Assembly (NCBI GenBank): GCA_965214705.1
Contig: CBDCCI010000001.1
Span: 416,001-480,000 of the forward strand
DNA: 64,000 bases
Source: Alphaproteobacteria bacterium
GTDB taxonomy: Bacteria; Pseudomonadota; Alphaproteobacteria; UBA828
Reading direction: 5' to 3'
In this document: piece by piece, positions 20,252-29,536 of the stretch
Layout: each line of letters begins with the position of its first letter
Position numbering within the stretch: position 1 is the stretch's first letter
Position numbers and translations under genes: made by a program
The notes under the pieces: generated by a model
The model's database searches: none
What the model was told of the DNA's origin: nothing
The model's input: only the letters and a program-made list of their open reading frames with translations

Positions 20252-21967
20252 ATGCCGAAGGTCACGCCCTCACCCCTCAGCAGCGCCGGTTCGCCGTCGC
20301 CTGCGGTGGTTTCGGCGGCGCTGGCGGCCCTGCATGCGGAGCTTGACGACGAGCGCGCGGCGCGCCGGGCGACGGAAGCAGCCCTATGCGAAGCGGAGCA
20401 GGCACGCGGCGCGGCGGAGGCGGCGAGGCAGACGGCGGAAGCGCGGGCGGCACGGCTGGAGGCCGAGAACGCGCAGAGCGCGGAGCAGATCAGCCGGCTT
20501 GAGCATCTCAACAAGGAGCTCAGGAAGGCGCTGTTCGGTCCGCGCTCCGAGAAGCTCGGCGAGGACGAGCGCCAGCTTACGTTCGAGGAGTTTTGGGCGG
20601 CGATCGCTGAAGCCGGCGGTCGGCCCGAGGCAGATGACCAGGAGCAGGACGAGGGGGCTGGCGGCAAGCGCCGGCGGCGCTCTTCCCGGGGGTCGCGCAG
20701 CGGGGTGCGCTTCGGGCCCCAGGTCGACCGGCGCGAGGAGGTGATCGAGCCGGACACGATCATGTGCCCCTGCGGCTGCGGCGAGATGACGAAGATCGGC
20801 GAGGACCGCAGCGAGCGGCTGGACTATGAGCCGGCGAAGTTCACCGTCATCGAGACCGTGCGCCCCCGCTACGCCTGCAACAAGTGCAAGGGGGGCGGGG
20901 TGGTGCAGTCGCCGGCGCCGGCCGCTCTGGTCGAGGGCGGCCTTCCCACCGAGGCTCTTCTGGCGCAGGTGCTGATCGCGAAGTACGGCGATCATTGCCC
21001 GCTCTATCGCCAGTCGCAGATCTACGAGCGCTCGGGGATCGAGGTTCACCGTGCGACGCTGGCGACGTGGGTGGGCCAGGCGTCGTTTCACCTGCGCCCC
21101 GTGGTCGCTTGCCTGGAGGATGAGCTGAAGAAGTCGGATCACCTGGGTCTGGACGAGACCACGATCCGCGTTCTCGACCCGGGCCGGGGCAAGACGAAGA
21201 CGGGCTACATGTGGACCCTTGTGCGTGACGAGCGCCACTGGAGCGGCACGGACCCGCCGGGCGTCGTCTATCGCTATGCGCCCGGCCGCGGCGGCAAGTA
21301 TGGCGCCGAGCTTATGGAGGGCTTTTCGGGGACGGTGCAGCTCGACGGCTACTCGGGCCACAACATCCTGGCGCGGCCGGACCGGGCGGAAGGCCCTGTG
21401 ACGCGGGCCCTCTGTTGGGCGCATGTAAGACGGAAGCTGAAAGAGGTATACGACTCGAGCGCATCGCCGATCGCGCTGGCCGGTCTGAATCGGATCGCGA
21501 AGCTCTATGCGATCGAGAAGAAGATCCGGGGCAAGCCGCCGGCGGAGCGCCGCGCGATCCGTTGGGAGGAGTCGGCGCCGATCGTGAACACCTTCGGTGT
21601 CTGGCTCGACGAGCAGCGCTCGCGCGTCTCACCGCGCTCGCGTCTCGGCGAGAAGCTGACCTATATCGCCAACCAGTGGGACGGGCTGCTGGAGTTCCTG
21701 CACGACGGTCGTGTCGAGATCGACTCGAACCTGGTGGAAAACCGAATCCGGCCGCTGAAGCTCACCGCCAAGAACGCGCTCTTCGCCGGCAACGACGAGG
21801 GTGCGCAAGCCTGGGCCCGCATCGCCTCGCTGATCGAGACCTGCAAGATGAACGGCGTCGAGCCCTACGCCTGGATGCGGAGCACGCTCGAGAAGATCGC
21901 CAAGGGCCACCCGCAGTCGGGCATCCAGGAGCTTCTGCCGTGGAACTTCCAGCCCGAGGCAAAATGA
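20252..21967 (+). CDS. tnpC: IS66 TnpC DDE transposase
   Basis: LFGPRSEK, CPCGC, KYGDHCPLYRQ, DET, CWAHVRRK, IDSNLVENRIRP, SLIETCKMNG, ELLPWN. Confidence 0.93.
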   Translation: MPKVTPSPLSSAGSPSPAVVSAALAALHAELDDERAARRATEAALCEAEQARGAAEAARQTAEARAARLEAENAQSAEQISRLEHLNKELRKALFGPRSEKLGEDERQLTFEEFWAAIAEAGGRPEADDQEQDEGAGGKRRRRSSRGSRSGVRFGPQVDRREEVIEPDTIMCPCGCGEMTKIGEDRSERLDYEPAKFTVIETVRPRYACNKCKGGGVVQSPAPAALVEGGLPTEALLAQVLIAKYGDHCPLYRQSQIYERSGIEVHRATLATWVGQASFHLRPVVACLEDELKKSDHLGLDETTIRVLDPGRGKTKTGYMWTLVRDERHWSGTDPPGVVYRYAPGRGGKYGAELMEGFSGTVQLDGYSGHNILARPDRAEGPVTRALCWAHVRRKLKEVYDSSASPIALAGLNRIAKLYAIEKKIRGKPPAERRAIRWEESAPIVNTFGVWLDEQRSRVSPRSRLGEKLTYIANQWDGLLEFLHDGRVEIDSNLVENRIRPLKLTAKNALFAGNDEGAQAWARIASLIETCKMNGVEPYAWMRSTLEKIAKGHPQSGIQELLPWNFQPEAK

Positions 21968-23725
21968 CTCGCGCGCTCACGGCGCTCCTCAAGAAATCCC
22001 CGTCGTAGTCAAGCCAGATTCCGGTATGGGGTCTGCGTACCGCTTACGGAGTAAGTGCCGGGAGCCCCGTTATAGTTACCTTGGCGCGTGATAACCTGCG
22101 TCGCGGCGGTGGGCATCGGGAACCTCTGTACCACGTTGCCATCTGCCGCAGGTCCGGGCGAGTCGAAGTTGCTATCCAGGCTGCTCCGGATGAGTCCCGT
22201 GGTTCCCGCCCCGTCGATGTCGCTCAGGTCCAGGGGAACGGCGGTGGTAATGGCGTTGGTTCCGTACCGGGCATCCGTCAACGGGTCACCGTCAAAGTTA
22301 TAGAACTGAACTCGCGACGGCGTACCGATGTCCGTGTAGACGAACAGGTGCTGACTGAAACCTGGAATATTCCTCACCAAACGTCTCGCAGCCCACCCGG
22401 AGTTGGGCAAAATGGCTTCGTCGGAATCGGAATAGCCCGCAGGATCGGCCACCGTAACGCTGGCCATCGCACCTGCGCCGCGCGTGATGGTGATATCGTT
22501 CTCATCCAGCGTACCAGCGGTGGCGCCGTCGGGAATGTTCGCGGCCCCCTCGATTGCCGTATCCTTGCCGATGATCCGGTCGCGCAGCACCTCGGCCGCG
22601 GCATCCGCCTTGTCCTTTTCCGCCTTCTTGGCCTGGGCGACCTGCATCTTGGCGTCGTCCGAAAGCGAGGCCGTAACCGTGCCTCCCGTGGAAGTCGCGG
22701 AACCGTCCGCCGCAACGGTGACGGTGCAATCGTCGCCGCCCGCGGCGCAAGCGTAGGTCACGCCGTTGTTGGTCGCCGACTCGCCCGCCGGGATCACATG
22801 CGTGGCCGCGCTCGGCTTGTTATCGGCGTCCAGATACATGAGGTCGGCAACCGCGACTGCAACCGAAGGATCGGGCTCGGGCACTGGATCCGGCTGATTC
22901 TCGGGCGCGTCTTCGTTGCCCGGCAGCTTCAGTGCTTCTGCAACGGCCATCTGAGCCGCTGCGAGTTCATTTGCCGTGACATCGCCTGGGTCCATGGCCT
23001 CAAGTTCGGCCAAGTCCGCTCGCGCGTCCGCCAAGGTTTGCTGATTCGCCGCCTCCACCGCAGCTTGCCTTGTCGCCGCAGTCGTGATGGCAACCGTCCC
23101 TCCCGTCGATGACGCAGAGAGCGCGCCCGTGACCGACTCGATGCCGATGGTGAGCGTGCAGTCCGCGTCGCCCTCACAGGTGATGTACGTGCCGGACGCC
23201 AGCATGACCGTCGTTCCGGCCGGAATCATGGTCATTCCCGGATTGAGGCCATGGCCTGCCGGAAGCATAACCGAGTATTCCATCGGCGCCGGCGTCAGCT
23301 CCGCAATCCGCGCATCGACCGCTGCCTGCAACTCGGCAGCCTCAGTGCCAGTAGCGACATCGTCCACCGCATCCTTGGCCGCCTGAGCAGCTTCAGCCGT
23401 CTCGGCTGCCGCGATGGCGTCCCTGGCGCCTTGGATCTGCGCCAGCCTTGCAGTCTCGGCCTGTGCGGCCGCCTGTTCGGCGGCCAGCCTGGCCGCCTCT
23501 GCCTCTGCGGCGGCAGCGGCCTCGGCTTCTGCCTTGGCCTCCGCAGCGGCTTCCGCAGCAGCTTCCGCCGCCTGCCGGTCAGCCTCGCTCTGGCTGATGC
23601 CGCTCGAGCAACCGTATGCGACGGCGGTGAGGGCGACGATCGAGCACGCCGCCAACAAACTGCGAGTCAGCTTCGTCTTCTTCATGTCTGAGGCTCTCCT
23701 CTTGTTTGGGCATGGTGAAGCCGGT

Positions 23726-23851
23726 TATGACAGGTCTACGCACGGGTACGCTGGAGTACGCTGGAGTGCGATAAGACACATTGACACAAAGGGTTGATTG
23801 CCTCATCTACCCCTTGACGCGATGTCAGACCTACGCTCCAATACGCTGGAG
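23726..23851. promoter_or_regulatory. Divergent lipoprotein/integrase control region with TACGC(T) boxes at 10-bp spacing
   Basis: TACGC at 23737, 23747, 23757 and at 23832, 23842, each array preceded by ATG(A/T)CAG. TTGACA at 23781 and TTGACG at 23814 have no convincing -10 box. Confidence 0.55.
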
Positions 23852-24736
23852 TTTGATGTCGGTGGCTTACGAAGTGATTACGGTTGTTACGACGACACAG
23901 ACGCGCCGCGAGGCGAGGGGTGCACGATGCCAAAGCGAGGCGAGCTGACCATCTCGAAGCAATCCGTCGACGGGCTTTCCGCCGAGGGCAAGGAGACGGT
24001 CTTCTGGGACCGGGAGCTCCCGGGCTTCGGCGTGAGGGTCTACCCCTCGGGCTCCAAGACATACGTGGCCCAGAGCCGGGGGCCGAACGGCATCAGACGC
24101 CTGTCATTGGGCCGCCACGGGGAGATCACCGCCGAGCAGGCACGCAAGCATGCCGCCGCCGCCGTCGCCCGCATCAAGCGGGGCGAGGACCCCGAGGCGA
24201 GGCCGCTCGAGCGCGCGCTCACCGTCGCCGACCTGGCCGAGCGCTACATGGAGGCCCATGTCGAGGTGCGCTGCAACGCGCACACCCAGGGGATCTACGC
24301 GGGCTCGCTGAGGAACCACATCCTGCCCGCGTTCGGCGCGATGGCGGTGGCCTCCGTCGGCCGGGAGGAGGTTGCAGCGTTTCACTACCGCCTGCGGGAG
24401 ACGCCCCGTGCCGCGAACCGGGCGCTGATGGTTCTCTCCAAGATGTTCTCGCTGGCGGAGGCTTGGGGAATGGCGCCGGCAAGTGGCAACCCGTGCCGGT
24501 TCGTATTGCGCTACAGGGAGGGCCGTCGCGAGCGCTTTCTGAGCGAGGAGGAGTACCGGCGGGTTGGCCGGGCGCTGTGCGCGCTGGAGGCGGAGGGCCC
24601 GGTGCAGGCGCGGGCTGCGGCGGCGCTGCGGCTGATCATGCTGACGGGATGCCGCGTGGGGGAGGTGCTGACGCTGAGGTGGAGCGACATCGACCGCAAG
24701 TCCGGGGAGTTTCGCCTGCGCGATGCGAAGACGGGA

Positions 24737-26896
24737 CCCAAGTTGGCACTTTTTCCGACCAGCCGAGCCTGTTCGAGCCAGTTTTGCGGCGCTGAACCAC
24801 TAGATGTTGGGGTTGGAGGACACCTGAGACCCACATTTGCCATTCGTGGTCCTGGAAGCCAATTGTGGGGCCAGGACTTTGGAGTTGAGTCGATATCCCT
24901 CTTGCCAGATGCCGCGAACGCCGTGTATGCGAAACAGGCATCGCAGAAACGGCGCCGCCATGTACATCAAGGCAACCAGGACACACACCGACAAGGCCGG
25001 CCAGCCGGTCCGAAGCCATCGCCTCGTGCTCGCCCAGCGCGTCGGCGACAAGGTGCGCCACAGGACGCTGCTCAATCTCGGCACCGACTATCCGGTGCCG
25101 CGCGAGAAGTGGAAGGCCGTCACCGAACTCGCCGAGGCGCTGCTTCACGGCAAGCCGCCGCTGTTCGAGGGCGAGGCGGATGTGCGGGCCGCAGCCGAGG
25201 ACATCGTCGCCAAGCTCAGGGCCAGGGGGTTCCGCGTCGAGGCGATGCAGGAAGAGGCGCGCAAGCCCGACATCGCCACCGTCGACCTCGATACCCTGGA
25301 GCACGAGAACCCGCGCACCGTCGGCTGCGAGCGCCTGTGCCTCAAGGCCCTCGACGCCCTCGGCTTCGCCGAAATCCTCCACGGCCTCGACATCAAGGGC
25401 CGCGACGGGCGCATCGCCAGCGCGCTGATCGTCGCCAGGATGGTCCATCCCGCCAGCGAGCGTGATACCAGCCGCTGGCTCCGCCACGACAGCGCGGCCG
25501 CCGAGCTCCTGGGCCTGGAGGGCGACCGCAAGGCGCTGCGGCGCAAGACGCTCTACCGCATCGGCGACCTGCTCTGGCGCCACCGCGCCGCCATCCAGCG
25601 GGAGCTGTTCAACCGTGAGCGCGCACTGCTCGACCTGCCCGAGACGATCGCCTTCTACGATCTCACCAACGTCCACTACCACGGCCACACGGGCGGCGAG
25701 CTTCCCAGGTTCGGGCGCTCCAAGCAGAAGCGCGACGACTGTCCCCTCATCACGCTGGCGCTGGCGCTCGACGGCGCGGGCTTCCCGCGCAGTTGCGAGA
25801 TCCTGCCGGGCAACGTGAGCGAGCCGGGCACGCTGCACGAGGCGCTGGCGCGGCTCGAGGCGGTGTGCGGCGGCACGGCGGCGAAGCCCACGGTGGTCAT
25901 GGACGCGGGCATCGCCACCGAGAAAAACATCGCGTGGCTGGGCGAGCAGGGCTACGACTGGATCGCGGTCAGCCGCGGTGCCAGGCCTGCGCCGCCCGAG
26001 GGCGGACCCGAGGCCCTGCTGATCACCAGCGCGCGCCACGAGGTGCGGGCCTGGCGGCTTGCCAGCGAGGACGGCGAGGCGCGGCTCTACGTCGTCAGCG
26101 AGGGCAAGAAGAAGGCCGAGAACGCGATCATCGGCCTGAGGCGGAACCGCTTCGAGGCGGCGCTGGAAAGGCTCCACGGCGGCCTCCCGGTCAAGGGCCG
26201 CCTCAAGCGCTACGACAAGGTGCTGGAGAGCATAGGCCGCCTCAAGCAGCGCTTCTCCGCCGTCGCCAGGCACTACGAGATCACGGTCGAGAGGGCGAAA
26301 ACCGGCCCCAATGCCACCGCCGTGCGCTTCAAGCGCAGGCCGCGATACGACGAGGCCGATGAGGGCGCCGGTGCCTATGTGCTGCGCACCAGCCACGTCG
26401 ACTGGGACATCGAGACGGTCCTGCGGACGTACTGGCGGATCACGGATATCGAGGCGACATTCCGGAGCCTGAAATCCGAGCTCGGCCTTCGCCCGATCTG
26501 GCACCAGCTCGACCGGCGCATCGCGGCCCACCTGCTGATCGCCGTGCTGGCCTACCACGCCGTGCATCTGATCCGTACCCGGCTGGCCGCGCGCGGCATC
26601 CACAAGTGCTGGGCGTCGATCCGCGAGAGCATGCGGACCTGGGTGCGGATCACCACGCGCCTGCGCCAGACCGACGGCACCTTGATCGTCAACCGCCAGG
26701 ACACGCGCCCGGCCGCCGAGGTTGCCGCAATCTCCTCGGCGGCGGGCGTGGACCCCGCCATCCACCGCACGAGGACCCGTCTGATGAGCTGACAGAATCT
26801 CACAAAATGTGGGGCCATGTTGGAATCGACCGAGAAAAATATCGCGTTGAATCAAACCAATAGGGAACACAGGCAGCGGAAAAGTGCCAACTTGGG
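24737..26896 (+). mobile_element. IS1634-family element (2160 bp)
   Basis: 16-bp TIR CCCAAGTTGGCACTTT; flanking duplication GGGA. Confidence 0.85.
24960..26792 (+). CDS. IS1634-family transposase
   Basis: MYIK...R.GDKVRHRTLLNLG, FYDLTNVHY.G, GRSKQKRDDCP, VVMDAGI, IEATFRSLKSELGLRPIWHQ. Confidence 0.88.
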   Translation: MYIKATRTHTDKAGQPVRSHRLVLAQRVGDKVRHRTLLNLGTDYPVPREKWKAVTELAEALLHGKPPLFEGEADVRAAAEDIVAKLRARGFRVEAMQEEARKPDIATVDLDTLEHENPRTVGCERLCLKALDALGFAEILHGLDIKGRDGRIASALIVARMVHPASERDTSRWLRHDSAAAELLGLEGDRKALRRKTLYRIGDLLWRHRAAIQRELFNRERALLDLPETIAFYDLTNVHYHGHTGGELPRFGRSKQKRDDCPLITLALALDGAGFPRSCEILPGNVSEPGTLHEALARLEAVCGGTAAKPTVVMDAGIATEKNIAWLGEQGYDWIAVSRGARPAPPEGGPEALLITSARHEVRAWRLASEDGEARLYVVSEGKKKAENAIIGLRRNRFEAALERLHGGLPVKGRLKRYDKVLESIGRLKQRFSAVARHYEITVERAKTGPNATAVRFKRRPRYDEADEGAGAYVLRTSHVDWDIETVLRTYWRITDIEATFRSLKSELGLRPIWHQLDRRIAAHLLIAVLAYHAVHLIRTRLAARGIHKCWASIRESMRTWVRITTRLRQTDGTLIVNRQDTRPAAEVAAISSAAGVDPAIHRTRTRLMS

Positions 26897-27326
26897 GGGA
26901 TCGCGGATGGTGCCGCTGACGCCTACGGCCTCACAGCTGCTGGCGGGGATCGTGCGAGTCAGGCGAAGCCCCTGGGTGTTCCCGGGCAGCCGGCCGGATC
27001 GTCACCTGTTCCAGCTCGCGTCCTTCTGGCATCGTGTGCGGGAGCGTGCCGAGGCCGAAGACGTGCGGATCCACGACTTGCGGCACAGCTACGCCTCGCG
27101 GGCTCTGGCGCTGGGCCTGGCGCTTCCGATGATCGGGCGGCTTCTCGGCCACACGGACATCGGCAGCACCGCCCGCTACGCCCATCTCTCGCGGGACGCG
27201 GAGAAGATCGCGGTCGCCCGTGTGGGCGACAGCATCGAAGCCGACATCCTGCGGGCGGAGACCGCCGCCCATGCCGGCGGGCAGGAATCCTCGCCGGTCA
27301 CGCCGGCTTAGGGAGGGGATTGCGGC

Positions 27327-28484
27327 ATGGCGAGACTGGAGCGGAGGTCGCTGTCGAACCGCGTGGTCGACGGCCTGACCGCCGGGGACAAGGAGATCAT
27401 CTGCTGGGACCGGGACTTGCCGGGGTTCGGCGTTCGGGTCTATCCCAACGGCGCGAAGACGTATCTGGTGCAGGGCCGTGGTCCGCGCGGGTCGAAGCGG
27501 ATCACGATTGGCCGGCACGGCACGATCCCGGCGGACGAGGCGCGGCGCCGGGGGGCCGCGCTCCTGATCCGCATCAAGGCGGGCAAGGAGCCGGGATACG
27601 GGAAGGGGCCGACGGTGGCCGAGCTCGCCGAGAGGTATCTGCGCGAGCACGTCGAGGTCCGCTGCAAGCCGCTCACGGTCAAGGGCTACCGCCAGATGAT
27701 CGTCGGGCACATCCTGCCCGCTCTCGGCAAGCTGCCGATCGCCGCCGTCGGCCGCGAGCACGTTGCCGAGCTTCACTACCGTCTGCGCAAGACGCCGGTT
27801 GCGGCGAACGACACGGTGGGCGCTCTGTCGCGGATGCTGAACCGTGCCGAGGCGTGGGGACTGGTTCCGGCGGGGAGCAATCCCTGCCGCTTCGTGACGC
27901 CGTACCGGACGCGGCGGCCGGAGCGCTTCCTGACGGAGGATGAGTTCGGACGCCTTGGGCACGCCCTGGACGAGCTGGAGGCCGGGGGCCGTCTTCCTGT
28001 TCATGCGGCGGCAGCGCTCCGGCTTCTGATGCTGACGGGGTGCCGCTGCGGCGAGGTGCTGACGCTTCGGTGGGAGGACGTGGCGCTGGAGCGGAACGAG
28101 ATCCGGCTGGCCGACAGCAAGACCGGCCCTCGCATCGTTCCGCTGTCGCCGGCGGCGGCGCGGGTGCTCGCGGCCATTCCCCGCCCCCCTGACAATCCGT
28201 GGGTCATCGCGGGCCGCGAGCCGGGCGCGCGGCAGACGCACATCGCGGACTACTGGTACCGGGTCAGGGAGCGCGCCGGGTTGGACGACGTCAGGCTTCA
28301 CGACCTTCGGCACAGCTTTGCCTCGCGAGCACTGGCGCTGGGCGAGGACCTCACGATGATCGGCAAGCTACTCGGCCACAAGAAAATCCAGACCACCGCA
28401 CGCTATGCCCACCTGGCACGCGACTCGGTGAAGGAATCGGCGGCCCTCGTGGCGGCCAGCATCGGCAAGGACATCCTGCCCTGA
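27327..28484 (+). CDS. Tyrosine integrase int2, copy 1 (intact)
   Basis: WDRDLPGFGVRV arm domain; TGCRCGE, DSKTG, HDLRHS, LGHK, ARYAH. Confidence 0.93.
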   Translation: MARLERRSLSNRVVDGLTAGDKEIICWDRDLPGFGVRVYPNGAKTYLVQGRGPRGSKRITIGRHGTIPADEARRRGAALLIRIKAGKEPGYGKGPTVAELAERYLREHVEVRCKPLTVKGYRQMIVGHILPALGKLPIAAVGREHVAELHYRLRKTPVAANDTVGALSRMLNRAEAWGLVPAGSNPCRFVTPYRTRRPERFLTEDEFGRLGHALDELEAGGRLPVHAAAALRLLMLTGCRCGEVLTLRWEDVALERNEIRLADSKTGPRIVPLSPAAARVLAAIPRPPDNPWVIAGREPGARQTHIADYWYRVRERAGLDDVRLHDLRHSFASRALALGEDLTMIGKLLGHKKIQTTARYAHLARDSVKESAALVAASIGKDILP

Positions 28485-28858
28485 GCGCGGCGGGGCTGCC
28501 CCGGACCGCGCAACGCGCGAGAATTCATGGCGAGCATCACGATCGAAAACGACGACGGGCCGATTGCTTGGGCTGGGTGTGTGCGCGCGCCGCCGGCAAC
28601 GGCCGCTCCGCCGCCTTCGGCGGCGTCGAGCTCGAACTTCCCGAGCGCGGACCGATGCGGCCTCTGCCGGAGTTCCATTGATCGGGCGGCGACGATCTTC
28701 ATGGGCACGAACGCGGTCTGCGAACCGATGCGGCCCCCCCCTTGCCTGCTGACATGACGTGCTTCTCTACGGGGATACGGACACCTGACTGCATCGGTCT
28801 ATTGCCGCCGCCGGCGAGGCGGTGAGCGCGTGGAGAGCGGCGATCGCAAGGTGCGACG

Positions 28859-29107
28859 CTACAGCAGCTTGAGAACGGCGATCGCCATGCCGGCTACGGC
28901 TACCGCAATCGTGACGATGCGCCACGTCAGGCGCGCCTCGAGGGCGGCAAGGTCGGCTCGCACGTCGGCGATATCGGCTTTGGTCGCCACGCCTTCGGTG
29001 ACGGCATCGCGCACGGTCGCCGTGATCGCCTCGGCCTGACGCTCATTCAGACCGGCTTCGGAGAGCGCCTTGACCGCCTCGTGAGTGTCGAATGTCGCGC
29101 TCGGCAT
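28859..29107 (-). CDS. DUF1640/CCDC90-like membrane-anchored coiled-coil protein, copy 1
   Basis: FDTHEAVKAL.EAG..ERQAEAI...VATKADI, C-terminal hydrophobic helix. Confidence 0.75.
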   Translation of the reverse strand: MPSATFDTHEAVKALSEAGLNERQAEAITATVRDAVTEGVATKADIADVRADLAALEARLTWRIVTIAVAVAGMAIAVLKLL

Positions 29108-29536
29108 GATGCGACGATAGCCCAGGGCGGCGCCGAACGCCATTGGACGGCCTCATCGCCCCGCAGGTCCCCGCTGAAAGCCTGCGCCCTCTCGCCTGGT
29201 CTTTTCCGCCGCGCCCTCGGGCTCGCCGTAATTTCCGTCATCACTGCGTCGGCGAGACGACCGGCAAGACGCCCCCAGCTCGCATTGGCGCGGATGGGCG
29301 AGGTGCCGAACATCGTACGAGCCAAGCCGCGGGGACCGGGCGACTCCGCCACTCACGACCGGCCCCGCCGCACCTTGGCCTCGTCGCGCAACTCGGCGAA
29401 AGACGGTGCCGGCTCTTGCGGGAACGGGATGGTTGGGGGCTCGGCCTCCCGGCTGGGCAGCGCCCTTGCGGGCCGGTCCTGAAGCAGCGGTCGGCGGGAG
29501 AGTGCGGGCGTATCGAGTTTCGTGCTGCGTTGCAGA

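Larger units (their letters stand above)
19296..22047 (+). mobile_element. IS66 family element, copy 1 (2752 bp)
   Basis: Termini GTAAGCGGTA... and ...TACCGCTTAC; 8-bp TSD GGAGTAAG; tnpA-tnpB-tnpC layout. Confidence 0.93.
18571..23685 (-). pseudogene. Surface lipoprotein A (Ala-rich stalk plus TbpB-like barrel, about 784 aa), split by IS66
   Basis: Lipoprotein signal MKKTKLTRSLLAACSIVALTAVAYG-C. Removing IS 19296-22047 and one TSD gives in-frame GAPGTYS-CDSGVAGTAC. C-terminus GSATYNGRAAGKY...GDWTGQFFG...GGAFGARR. Confidence 0.85.
23927..27311 (+). pseudogene. Tyrosine integrase int1, copy 1, split by IS1634
   Basis: Matches the intact copy at 57936-59156; interrupted at DAKTG|, resumes (S/A)RMVPLTP. 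Confidence 0.9.

Noticed and set aside
23798-25465. 555-aa ORF read as one long integrase
   Set aside because: It is the int1 N-terminal half reading into IS1634 sequence.
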